DNA of 64,000 nt from a virus. Lineage: Duplodnaviria > Heunggongvirae > Uroviricota > Caudoviricetes. How positions within the stretch are numbered: position 1 is the first letter of the stretch; each line of letters starts with the position of its first letter. Below, piece by piece: positions 9,403 through 19,800 of this stretch. A program made the position numbers and the translations under genes. The stretch lies in the IMG/VR virus record IMGVR_UViG_3300047160_005224, positions 32,403 through 96,402 of that record; one strand, 5' to 3'. A model generated the notes under the pieces. The model had not been told where the DNA came from and did no database searches. It saw only the letters and a program-made list of their open reading frames with translations.

Positions 9403-12400
9403 TTACAGAGGATTGTTGTTCGCCTTCAGGTTATGACTGAAGATGAGCTTATCTGGGAATTCGCCAGCAGCGTAAGACTTGCCACCGAAGTCGATCTTCA
9501 TGACCTTCTTCGTTCCGACATGCTTAACCGATACTGCCTTTTCCCAGAATGTCTTACCGTAGATATTCACAAGAACTTGCTCACCTTCCATTTCCTCGGC
9601 ATACTTGAAGTCTTCAAGGTCATGAGTAGCTGTCTGCAAATTGAATTTGGTGTTGTATGTGCACTCAAGAACTGCGCCAGATTCAGAAACGATTCTGACA
9701 ACAGGAACTTCATGAGGACCAGTTACCGCGTTGACGAAATCAACTCCAAATCCATCCTCAGGAGTCCATGTGGTAAATACCATTCCTTCAATGACTTCGC
9801 ACGCCTTGTACGAGCCATCAAGGAACATGTCTTCTGTGACACACGTTCCGATTGGTGTCGTAGTTTGTTCACGCATCGTTACGACTTGAGACGGACCTTG
9901 ATGCCCTGCGATGTATGGCGTTACTGTGAACGAGCAACCATAGTTGCCAATTGCTGGTGGTTGTGGGTTGTAAGCCATGACCCAATAGATTTCGCCGCCG
10001 ACCTGATATTGAGACGTGTAGTTCGGTGCGCGATATTTGGTTCCTGGTCCAGGACCACCGGAGTCAACACCAATGATTTGTACATTGCTGTTAGCCCATG
10101 ATGGATGGTTCGACACGAATGTCACATAGGACTGTGTTGCTCCATCGAATGCAACAGAGTTGTACAATTGGTTTACATTGATGTAATACGGAGTGACTGC
10201 ATTATATGTGCCAAGAGTCGCTGGCCCAGCAATAACTTGTGATCCAGAAAGCAGCGTACATGTTACGTTGTATTGGCAACTCTTTGCGTTGTTATCTGTT
10301 GCAATAAGCTGAATGTTACATGCGCCGTTCAAATTGTTGTAGTTGAAGTTTGCTGGTGAGCCAGCTGTCAACTGAGCTCCGAATTGATAGTTCAGGTTCG
10401 GAATATCACTGTTACATCCAGCCTGCATGGATACGATGGCTTGGAGACCATCCGATAGCCAACCACCATTCGATACTGAAGACGAGCCGACATAATTGAA
10501 CGAGAAGCCAGGATCACGTCTGGTTGACGAAATCGTGATTTGATTTGTCTGAGTAGCCAGTAGCTGATTGGTCGGGCTGAAGAACTGATACGTGATGTTG
10601 TATGTACCGCTGACTGTTCCAACAGCGCTAGTTTGTGCACCAAAGTACACTGATCCTGAAGCACCGATGTTGAACGAACCAGAAGAACTGGTTGAACCGA
10701 AGTTAGGTGGATTTGTCAGACCGACAGAGAGACTAGAACCAGAAACAAGGTTGTACGAGACAACGATGTATGCTCCTGACCCAGTCATGTTGGCATCTAC
10801 TCTACCAACTGTCTGTACTGGATAGGTGTAAGCTGCACCCGAGTTTGGATATGGTGCATAGTTCATCACTGGAGCAGGACATGTTGCTGTCAGAGTTACT
10901 CGCGAAGTCGTTGATGAAACAACGCTTCCACCGATGACTACATTACATGTTACATCAACAACTGAAGTCTGCGTTTGAATTCCACTAGAACTCAACGAGA
11001 GCGAAATGGTGTTAGCACCAATGGATGATTGTGGATTTGGTCCAGATATCAACTTGGTAGAGAACTGATAGGTGTGACCAGTGACGCCTGCTTGTACAGA
11101 AGCAGTCAACGTGGTCGCTGCTGTCGCAGAAAACAAATTGGATACTGAAACGGTGTTGGCACCACTTAGAGTTGGATTCGGTGCGATGAACTGCGCAGTT
11201 GTTGGAACAGAGAAAGTAACTGCTGACACAAACAAGTTGTTTGCATCAACCAACGTTCCTGTAACATTCAGAGTGATGTTAGATGTTCCAACCGTAGTGC
11301 GAATGTTGCTATAGATGAATGTGGTTGTATTGGAGAACACATTAGATGGCGTTCCGCCTGTGTATGTCCAGTTGATCTTTCCATTAGGAACAACAAATGC
11401 TGCTGTTAGCGTTCCATTGGCAACAACAGGAGGACTGTAAGCAGTAACTGTCTGGCCATTAGCAGTCATGCTAAACTGCGGATCAAGAGTTGTTGCGGTT
11501 ACAGTGACGTTCTGCGTCTTCGTGTAGGTTGCGTCAAAATAGCCAACCACTGCTTGTAGCTGATACGTTCCGCTTTGTGTTCCCACAGAACCAACAGTGC
11601 TGGTGATTTCCAGAGTGATCTGGTCAGTGGTAGTGTTTCCAGTGTAGTTCGTAATCTGAAGATCGTTTCCTGAGATCTTCTGGTTCAGAATCTGGAATGT
11701 ATTGGAACCTGGAACAGCACAAGTTGCTGCGATGGACGCAATAGCGACCTGTGTCGCAGCATAACCAGAGACAGAAACGTTTGTGTTACCAGTAAATGAT
11801 ACACCAGGAGAGAACGCGCGAAGCGTAACAGGAATGAGTGAAGATGTTACTGTACGACCTGTTGGATCCAACAAGGTTGCTGTAATTTGAGCCGTCTGCG
11901 CATTGATTGTCATCGTTGAAATCGACAAATTAGCAGCTGACGTATTAGACGTCATCGTGATATTTGGGTTAGACGATGTCCAAGAAATTGTTCCGTTTGG
12001 AATGTTGTGTACACCAGTTAGAGCTAGTGTAGATGGAACCGTTCCTTCACCAATTTGAGTATTTACAGTTGCTCCATTGACGTTGAATGTGTAAGCCAAG
12101 AAAGAAGCAGCAACTGTTTGTTGGAAGGGAACGTTAGCAACCAAAATCCCGTCAAAAGAAATGGTTGGTGTGACCGTGTAAATACCAGCTGCCGTCGTTC
12201 CCATAGAGGAAGCAGTTTCGGTGATGCTGATAGAAGCGGTGTTCGTGCTAACCGTGTTAGAAACAGTGGCCAGCGTTCCACTGTTCAACAGATACGTCAA
12301 TCCAAAAGTTCCTGCCTGCCATGTCATCGTAGAAACAGCAGTAGCAGTCTGTGCCTGATAGCCAGAAAGTGCGATGTTAGAACCTGGTGTTACAGATAGT

Positions 12401-13512
12401 CCATAAGAACCCGCGCGTAGAGTCAGCTGAGTTGTCTTAGTGTTGAGAACGTATCCGTTTGAGTATTGCAATGTAGCAGTGACGTTGTAGATGCCCTTCA
12501 ACATCTGGAAGGTGTTGTTAGGAACCGTCAAAGTAACAGTGGAATTTGCGTTTGTTGGATCGACAGTGAATACTGCATCAATACCAGAAGTCTTGGAATA
12601 TGTCCAGACAATGTTGGCTCCTGGAATGTTGTGCGATGCAGCAACACTCAGAGATGCTGTTACAGTTCCGCTGTTAGCAAAAGCGTTGTTGGTTGTTGCT
12701 GGTACAACAAAGTTGAAATCAGCACCATTATAGACTGCGCGAACTTGTACTTGTTGAGTGTTCGTAGCAATCACCTGGTTCTTGTAAAGAACATTAGTGG
12801 TGACTGTGTAAATCTGATTGTTATCCGTGGTGACTGTAGGAGCAGCAACCGTGAAGATGACAGAGTTTCCGCTAACAGTGGCGCCAGCTGAAGGAGACAC
12901 TACGAACTGAATGATCGTGTTAGAAGTCGAGTTAGAGAAAGCAGTCAACGTGGTTGTTGCTGTCTGCGCGACATAACCTTGCACATTCACATTGGTGTTT
13001 CCGGTGAATGTCAAGTTTGGATCGTACACTGTTCCATTCAGTGTCACATATTGGTTGGCAGTTCCAATAAGATGTCCGCCATAAGAAACAGTGACGCCGA
13101 CAAGAACGTTAGATGTTGCTGTACCGACGTTCTTCAAATTCAACTGCAATCCAAGACTCTTAGTCGTTGGATTGGTGATTGTGATGTCTTGCCAGCCGGA
13201 AACAACGTTGGCTGTCCAAACGATAGTTGGGTTTACGAGATCAGTGACTGTGTTGAATGAAAGAGTCGGAAGTGCTGAACCAAAATCAAGAATAGTGTTT
13301 GATGTTGCAGAAGCAAATAGACCACCAAATGCAGTCTTGTTAGAAAGGTCACTAAAACTGATTGGAGAATTGGCTACAGTCTTTCCAAGCACGCCTGTGA
13401 GCTGACGCAAAATAGCATCATTGATAGAGCGCGGCGTGGTGGTTGGATAATTGAGCTCGCCATTGATTTGCGAAAGAGCGATGCTCGCATTGGCGATATT
13501 CGGTGTCGTCAT
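9403..13512 (-). CDS. Large tail adhesin/fibre protein with repeated Ig-like beta modules and a C-terminal Hint domain
   Basis: N-terminal fibre-tip adaptor-like motif (IALSQINGEL...SINDAILRQL...ISFSDLSNK); T/S/N/V-rich repeats; terminal C...SHN domain at 9403-9843. Confidence 0.8.
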   Translation of the reverse strand: MTTPNIANASIALSQINGELNYPTTTPRSINDAILRQLTGVLGKTVANSPISFSDLSNKTAFGGLFASATSNTILDFGSALPTLSFNTVTDLVNPTIVWTANVVSGWQDITITNPTTKSLGLQLNLKNVGTATSNVLVGVTVSYGGHLIGTANQYVTLNGTVYDPNLTFTGNTNVNVQGYVAQTATTTLTAFSNSTSNTIIQFVVSPSAGATVSGNSVIFTVAAPTVTTDNNQIYTVTTNVLYKNQVIATNTQQVQVRAVYNGADFNFVVPATTNNAFANSGTVTASLSVAASHNIPGANIVWTYSKTSGIDAVFTVDPTNANSTVTLTVPNNTFQMLKGIYNVTATLQYSNGYVLNTKTTQLTLRAGSYGLSVTPGSNIALSGYQAQTATAVSTMTWQAGTFGLTYLLNSGTLATVSNTVSTNTASISITETASSMGTTAAGIYTVTPTISFDGILVANVPFQQTVAASFLAYTFNVNGATVNTQIGEGTVPSTLALTGVHNIPNGTISWTSSNPNITMTSNTSAANLSISTMTINAQTAQITATLLDPTGRTVTSSLIPVTLRAFSPGVSFTGNTNVSVSGYAATQVAIASIAATCAVPGSNTFQILNQKISGNDLQITNYTGNTTTDQITLEITSTVGSVGTQSGTYQLQAVVGYFDATYTKTQNVTVTATTLDPQFSMTANGQTVTAYSPPVVANGTLTAAFVVPNGKINWTYTGGTPSNVFSNTTTFIYSNIRTTVGTSNITLNVTGTLVDANNLFVSAVTFSVPTTAQFIAPNPTLSGANTVSVSNLFSATAATTLTASVQAGVTGHTYQFSTKLISGPNPQSSIGANTISLSLSSSGIQTQTSVVDVTCNVVIGGSVVSSTTSRVTLTATCPAPVMNYAPYPNSGAAYTYPVQTVGRVDANMTGSGAYIVVSYNLVSGSSLSVGLTNPPNFGSTSSSGSFNIGASGSVYFGAQTSAVGTVSGTYNITYQFFSPTNQLLATQTNQITISSTRRDPGFSFNYVGSSSVSNGGWLSDGLQAIVSMQAGCNSDIPNLNYQFGAQLTAGSPANFNYNNLNGACNIQLIATDNNAKSCQYNVTCTLLSGSQVIAGPATLGTYNAVTPYYINVNQLYNSVAFDGATQSYVTFVSNHPSWANSNVQIIGVDSGGPGPGTKYRAPNYTSQYQVGGEIYWVMAYNPQPPAIGNYGCSFTVTPYIAGHQGPSQVVTMREQTTTPIGTCVTEDMFLDGSYKACEVIEGMVFTTWTPEDGFGVDFVNAVTGPHEVPVVRIVSESGAVLECTYNTKFNLQTATHDLEDFKYAEEMEGEQVLVNIYGKTFWEKAVSVKHVGTKKVMKIDFGGKSYAAGEFPDKLIFSHNLKANNNPL

Positions 13513-13521
13513 CGGTTACCC

Positions 13522-13564
13522 AAAAAGAAAAGAGCCAGTCACACGTTATGTATGAACCTGGCTC
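13522..13564 (-). terminator. Intrinsic terminator-like hairpin with an embedded CATACATA motif
   Basis: GAGCCAG..TCATAC/GTGTGA..CTGGCTC stem followed by TTTTCTTTTT on the minus strand. Confidence 0.65.
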
Positions 13565-13591
13565 AAAGCGAGGACTTGTTGTAGTTATTCC

Positions 13592-13945
13592 TCAGGCTCC
13601 CGGCAAATTATTGAACTTCGCGACTGCCGGTGAAATGTAGGCGAAACCTTCAACGATTCGTTCAACTTCGCCTGTAGATGTGTTCTTTGCTGCAACGTCA
13701 TAGACATATCGACCTGGAGTCATGTTAGCCGTCTGTGAAGAATTGGCTGACAAAATAACATCTCCATTGGCATTGAATGTTACAGAGAACGAATAGGCAT
13801 TCGTTGCCGTGTAATTCTTACGTAGATTGCAGATACCAATGAAACCCAACATGCTAACGATGTTACCATAAGCATCCCGCACATGGTAAATCGCTTTGGA
13901 TACATCGGTTCCCTGATCGATCTGAATATGAATTTTGGTGGCCAT
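13592..13945 (-). CDS. Conserved small virion structural protein of T4-like phages
   Basis: IDQGTD...RKNY...PGRYVYDV...RIVEG pattern. Confidence 0.75.
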   Translation of the reverse strand: MATKIHIQIDQGTDVSKAIYHVRDAYGNIVSMLGFIGICNLRKNYTATNAYSFSVTFNANGDVILSANSSQTANMTPGRYVYDVAAKNTSTGEVERIVEGFAYISPAVAKFNNLPGA

Positions 13946-14931
13946 TACTTTTCTACTTTCTCGCCGAGATACTTGATAGCAGCAATGATGTATGGAATAG
14001 CTTTCGTGTAATCAACTGCCTTGGTTCCATCAGGTCGAGTGAATACATGCTTCGGGAAAATCTTCTCCCATTCTTGAGCAACCACTCCAGAATCATGACC
14101 TTCATGACTCGGCAATCTGTATTCAGACTTGCCTTCTTCTTTCCAATCAAACTCAACTGGTCGACTACGAACAAGAAGCTTATAGGCAGCTTCCAAATCC
14201 ATATCTTCGATGTTTTCCTTCTGAGAAGCACATGAAGTTTGCCAACCCTGAATATCACCAGTAGCAATGATAGATCCATTCACATCGAGAGAGGAACGAG
14301 GAGTGGAAGTTCCAACGCCAACTCTACCAGATGTAACGAACAGAGTATTGGTGACAACAGCAGTATTGGTGACTGTGAGAACAGAAGTGACTGTGCCGAC
14401 AGAAAGCGAGTTGATGGTTGTCTGTGTGATTAGTGCGAGAGTATTGACTTCCCAATGAGACGTGTTTGGATTCCACATCAAGATCGATTGGTTAGTCTTA
14501 GTGTTCGCAGCTGCGTCTGTTACATCAATCAACTGTCCAATAGGAATCTGAATTGATGTGAAGTAAAGGTTGCCAGTAGCAACGTTTGCTACAAGGAAGT
14601 TTGCGTTGTTTGCCGCTCCAGGAATCTGAACCTTCGACACGGTGTCGATAAGAAACGAGCCTTGAAGGCGAATCGTACCGACAGCAACAATCGAAGATGT
14701 CGTATCAATGACAATGTTGGCTCCCGTTACTGTAACTGTGCCAGGGCCAGTCAGAGACTGTACAGAAAGCGAATTTGCGAAAATTGTGCCTTGGATAGCA
14801 ACATTGCCGACCGTTGTATTTGAGTCGACAGTTACTACCTTTGTTGACATAGCTGTTGCCATTTCATTCGTGCGCTGGATCCAGTGTCCGAATGTGTTGG
14901 CAAGAGATACGTTAGCAATTGCAATTGTCAT
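13945..14931 (-). CDS. Tail fibre protein with C-terminal intramolecular chaperone (peptidase S74-like)
   Basis: GRVGVGTSTP..SLDVNGSI, then S...K-EN, RPVEFDW, GVVAQEWEKIFP, VDY...IPYIIAAIK and a coiled-coil end. Confidence 0.8.
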   Translation of the reverse strand: MTIAIANVSLANTFGHWIQRTNEMATAMSTKVVTVDSNTTVGNVAIQGTIFANSLSVQSLTGPGTVTVTGANIVIDTTSSIVAVGTIRLQGSFLIDTVSKVQIPGAANNANFLVANVATGNLYFTSIQIPIGQLIDVTDAAANTKTNQSILMWNPNTSHWEVNTLALITQTTINSLSVGTVTSVLTVTNTAVVTNTLFVTSGRVGVGTSTPRSSLDVNGSIIATGDIQGWQTSCASQKENIEDMDLEAAYKLLVRSRPVEFDWKEEGKSEYRLPSHEGHDSGVVAQEWEKIFPKHVFTRPDGTKAVDYTKAIPYIIAAIKYLGEKVEK

Positions 14932-15143
14932 TTAGTTCTCTCAAGCAAAAGTTGCAGGAGAACTTTGATGTCTCCCATATCTTGTTCCAATCGCTCTACG
15001 CGATCAGCCATTCCAGTCATCTTTCTGGAATGATCGCGCTTCAACTTGTATGCTCTGAGCGAGGCATTATTGGTATTTATCATGGCACCCGTCGATGAGT
15101 CAACAAGGTAATCGGGTGCCTCTTTTGCACGCAACATCGTCAT
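14928..15143 (-). CDS. Conserved small T4-like protein
   Basis: D..TGAMINTN...Y and coiled-coil DIKVLLQLLL, as usually found downstream of VrlC-like genes. Confidence 0.7.
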   Translation of the reverse strand: MTMLRAKEAPDYLVDSSTGAMINTNNASLRAYKLKRDHSRKMTGMADRVERLEQDMGDIKVLLQLLLERTK

Positions 15144-15147
15144 GGCA

Positions 15148-16815
15148 TCATTTCTGTAGAGCGATTGCTCGAATGTCGTTCAGACGTGGATAGTTGTACG
15201 CGGTGGTTTCATCCTGAACTGCGAGAACAACCTTAATGGCGAACTGCTTGAATCCGATGAACGTTCCTAGCGAAGTGGTATATTGAAGCGGATCGCCATC
15301 AATCGGGTTGACGATCAATGGGCTCCAAGCGGCTCCTGAAACAGTTGGAGAAACGTTCGGAACACGGAATTCGTATTCACGATAATCATCGAACTTGTTG
15401 GTCGTGGAGAATACGGAACCATCTGTGATCTGAGTCAACAGAGTCCATGGCTTCTGACTGAATGTATCTGGATCTTGGTTGTTCCAGAACTTTCCGTATA
15501 CCAACATGATTGTTCCAGCCGGCTTGTAGGCATCCACGTAGACATGAAGGTCTTCCGATTCTTGTCCATCAGCCAGGGTGACTGTCTTGCTGATGTAACG
15601 AGTGGCGGCAAGACCATAATCGCCTTCTTCGCCAGTGGTTTCACTGTTGATGAGGTTTTCAATACCAATGAACGAATGGCTGTTCAAATCGATTGCTGGC
15701 GAGCAGTAATCTGATGTCGACGTCATGGAAATGGCAAGCTCAACAGAAGTGTTTCCGCTGAGAGCAGCCTTTTCGTTACTGAACGAAAGTGCGTATCGAG
15801 TGATGTCGAAGAATTCAGTTTCGTTGTCAGACTTCAGATTGATCCAGTCATTAGGACCAGTCTGCTTGACAGGAACGGCTGGATCGCCTTCCTTGTATGT
15901 GCCGCGATATTGAATGCTGGCAGAAGTCAACGGATTGTTGACGACAGCAATCTTCGGTACAATACCATGCAACGGCATGTCATAAATGTCGGCGATGTTA
16001 CCGAGCAACATCATGCCGTCGGTGTTAGAACTTACATTTCCTTCAACAGCAACACGGCAGACTGCGATTCGATCATCGGCAGCAAAATTACCAGTTGAGT
16101 TGCGGAGATACAGGAAGTTGTTCACGTAGTCGTACTTGACGACCTTGGCGTTCTTCGTTGTATCGAGAACAGAGTCGTTCTTGAATGCGTAGACTTCGTC
16201 GCCAGCCATGATGTTGAGTGGACCCGATGCGATACCAAGGTTTCGCAGAGTCCAAATTTCATTTGGAGACTTCTTCAGTCGAGCAACAGATGTCGTGCTA
16301 ACATCGAACTGCGCGCGATAGATCGTGTACTTGAGATCTTCGTTAGGAATCTGTTGCCAAGTCGTCGAATTCTTGGCATAGTAAGCTGCGCCAGACAATG
16401 GATTCGATGAGACAGAAATTCCACTTGTGAGATCAGCATCACCGTTGATAGCAGTGTAAAGCTGATAATCTGGGCTGTTACCAAGACCACGAACAGAGAA
16501 TGCATAGCTCTGTGCAGCCGTCAGATAGATCGGCGATGAGAATTGGAAGCGAGTTGCCGTGCTTCCATTATTTGATGCAGTGATCTGATCAGTTGTCAGA
16601 GTAACAACTGATCCAGGAATCGTTCTAGATGCGTCCGGAAGTCCATTAGACAGTTCGAGAAGCTGCATCTGTGCACCGAACGATGAACTCTTAGTAGCAA
16701 AGAAGAGATCGATACCTGTGATGTACAGTCCAGGCACCCCATCGGGAACCTGGACTTTGAACACCTGTGTCATCGAACCTGTTAGGTCAAGAGCGGTTGA
16801 AGTAGTGGTCGTCAT
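15148..16815 (-). CDS. Virion structural protein corresponding to the C-terminal half of VrlC/DUF4815-type proteins
   Basis: QVFKV...GLYITGIDLFFATK, NGLP, T.FQFSSPIYL, W...NEDLKY.IYRAQF, FKQFAIKVVL, PRLNDIRAIAL. Confidence 0.75.
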   Translation of the reverse strand: MTTTTSTALDLTGSMTQVFKVQVPDGVPGLYITGIDLFFATKSSSFGAQMQLLELSNGLPDASRTIPGSVVTLTTDQITASNNGSTATRFQFSSPIYLTAAQSYAFSVRGLGNSPDYQLYTAINGDADLTSGISVSSNPLSGAAYYAKNSTTWQQIPNEDLKYTIYRAQFDVSTTSVARLKKSPNEIWTLRNLGIASGPLNIMAGDEVYAFKNDSVLDTTKNAKVVKYDYVNNFLYLRNSTGNFAADDRIAVCRVAVEGNVSSNTDGMMLLGNIADIYDMPLHGIVPKIAVVNNPLTSASIQYRGTYKEGDPAVPVKQTGPNDWINLKSDNETEFFDITRYALSFSNEKAALSGNTSVELAISMTSTSDYCSPAIDLNSHSFIGIENLINSETTGEEGDYGLAATRYISKTVTLADGQESEDLHVYVDAYKPAGTIMLVYGKFWNNQDPDTFSQKPWTLLTQITDGSVFSTTNKFDDYREYEFRVPNVSPTVSGAAWSPLIVNPIDGDPLQYTTSLGTFIGFKQFAIKVVLAVQDETTAYNYPRLNDIRAIALQK

Positions 16816-16828
16816 TTAAAGCTCGCTA

Positions 16829-19800
16829 TTAAAAATCTTCGATACCAGCGTTCATCTTCATCATGTTATGGCTGAAGATGCGACGGTTCGGCTCATCACC
16901 AGCGGCGAACGAACGACCGTCGAAACCGAGCGGAACGATCAACTTTTCGCCTACATGATAGACCGCAGTTACCTTCTCCCAACGAACATCTCCCTTGTCA
17001 TCAACAAGCACGAACTCGCCTTCCATGTCAGGAGCGTACTTCCACTCTCCTTCCTTCAGGTCTTCTGTAGCATTCATCAAGTTGAATGGTGTATCTACAG
17101 AACAAGTCAACTGAATCTTAGATTCAGTTTCGAGTGTTACGCAAGTGTTGAGCTTTGGTTCGTGAATCTGAACAACCTTGTACTTGGAAACGTCTTCGTC
17201 TCCTGGGTACCAAGTATCAGCCTCGAATCCTTCGTGAACTTCTGCGGCACGAGTGTCAATATTTAGCCATGCGTCAGAAGCTACACAACCACCGCCTCCT
17301 GTCTTGTAACCGCCACCAGTGCTGTACGGAGGTGGAGCTGTTACCTTGGCAATGGTCCAGAGCTGGAATTGCGTATTGGTAGAAGCGATCACGAAACCGT
17401 TTGAAGCCAAGTAGCGAACGTTGACGATGAATGTCGACGAAAGGTTGTTAGCATGTGCAGCTGGGTTGGTATCGATCAGACGTGGCGTCCACGTGTTGTT
17501 AGCTGTGCCGCCGATGATCACTGCGTTCAGAGTGTTGCCCGAAATGACGTTGTATGACCAATCGAAATACGCACCAGCAACTTGGTTCGAAGAAGTAGCA
17601 ACCATGTTGATGTTAGCTTCGTATACACCGCCGATGCTTCCAGTACCAATCAGAACACCATTGGAATATGCGATGATGTTTAGAGATGCGGTAGGTGGCG
17701 GCGCCAACTTGTACAGAGTGATCGTCTGACTGTACGATGAAGTCTTGCCATTCGAATCCGTGACAGTCAGTGTAACCGTGTATGGGTTGGTTGAATTCGT
17801 CTGGATGCTAGCACCATACGTGTGAACCGGTGGGTTCTGGCCACTGTATGTTGAGCCATCACCGAAATTCCACTGCCAACTCGTGATCGTTCCAGAACCA
17901 GCAACCGATGCGTCCGAGAAGGTGATCGAGTGATTAGCTGGAGCCTGGACGTATGTCTGACCAGACCAGTTGAACTTCGCTGTTGGCGGAGTCGGTGGTG
18001 GAGCAGGCGGCGGCGCAATAACCACATTGTTTGCTGGTGGCGGAGTCGGTGGTGGAGCAGGCGGCGGAGGAGTCTGGATAATGACCACCGGACCTGGCTC
18101 TTGTGTGTATGTCACGTTAACCGTGAATACAGCAGCAGCAGTCGACACCTGTGCATTTGTCACCGCATCAATTTCTTCAGACAGAAGCTTGATGGTGTGA
18201 GCACCAATCTTGAAGCGATCGCCTGGGATGGAGATCTTGCCTGCGAGATTACCACGTGAGTCAGATTCCAGCTCAGAACCCCACATAGATGTACGCTTGA
18301 CATAGTTGTCATCTGTAGCTGCAGTGTTGGCGATATCGCCAGGAGCTGCCATCTGAGACATGTCAAAGTCATCGATGTAGATGTTAAACGTTGTGTATGG
18401 CTTCAGACCAGAAGCAACAAACGCAATTTCTCGCGGAGTAATGTAGCTCTGGATAGCGGCTGCGGTGTTAGCAGAAGAAGTGGTCGCGTTGCGAACTGTA
18501 ACCGTTGCGGTGTTAGCAGTCGTGTTAGATGAGGTAACCGTGTTACCATCTACACGCCACCAACCATACAGAGACATCAACTGAGCGGCAGACATCGAAG
18601 CAATAGCAGCTGCAGGAGCGTCCGTCGCAATAACTGTGACCGGTCCTTGCATGGTTTCTACTTCGCTCCAAGCATTAGGCTTGAGCGTCAGAGTACCATT
18701 GTAAGACGGCGGCGAACCAGACAGAGCACGCGAACCAGTTGCATAGTCCTGAGTCAAGAAGGATGTTTCACCATAAGACATCAGGAGCTGGTTTCCAACA
18801 GAAGCTACACCAGCAGAGTTGCCAAGGTCGAATTCCATCTCAAAGTATTCTGGCTTGAAGAACGGACGTGCCAGACCATTGGTTTCGTCGATAGCAATGC
18901 GATAACGTGGATCAGTTACATTGCCGAACGAGTGATCGGTGAATGGTTCTACAAAGATACCATTCTTGAAACGATCGTTGCCGTTGCTAGACATGATGGA
19001 CGTGTTAGCAGCCGCCAGCTGAAGTGTGTTCAGCGTGGTGTAATATTCAAGACGTTCGATGCGCTTCTCGAGAGCAGCGATGTCGCTCATCGTGAATCGT
19101 TCGTGACTCTGAACGCTGATCGTAATGTTGAATGCTGGAGTCTTGGCGTTGTTCTTTTCCAGGTCGGTGAGCGACGGATATGGAGGAACAACGATCTGAG
19201 CAATCGACAGCGAATCATTGCTGATTGCTGGAGCGATTGGCGTTAGAGAAGGAACACCTTCAACAATGACAAACGTTCCTGCTGGAGTCAGTGTCAGAAT
19301 GTCCACGCGACCGAGATAGTGCGTGTAATTCAGTTCAAAGTTTTCGCCAGGGAACGGCTTGTATGCAGAAGTGTTAGCGTCGAAGTTGTTGGTTGTTGCT
19401 GGGTTGTATGTTGCAGCACGGATGTCGGTTGTGACATTCGCAGTAGCTGCCTTGTACGGACGGAAGTCGATTGTATCACGAAGATCGAACGTCTTGCTCA
19501 GTGATGCTGAATAATACGAAGGGATTTCGTACGTGTGAATCGATACATTCGCATCCATGCCAAGAGTGTCATCGACTGGGTAAGAGTCTACAGAGAAGTA
19601 TCCCTTACCAGCTGCTGTGTTGGCGATGAAGTGATCGAATACAACAACCAGAGAGCTGTTGGCGATGTTGTTAGCATCAGACTTGTCAACCAGCTTCAGT
19701 GTGCAGTGATCGTAGAAGCTGTCTTTCTGACCATTGTCGAATGAGAAGCTGTTTGCCAAGTTGTTGTTTAGGTCTGCTGTTGCCAGAGAGCTGTTGGAAC

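Noticed and set aside
9403-9843. Hint domains as true protein-splicing inteins
   Set aside because: No Cys/Ser/Thr after HN, only 8-11 residues follow, and there is no homing endonuclease insert; treated as autoprocessing domains instead
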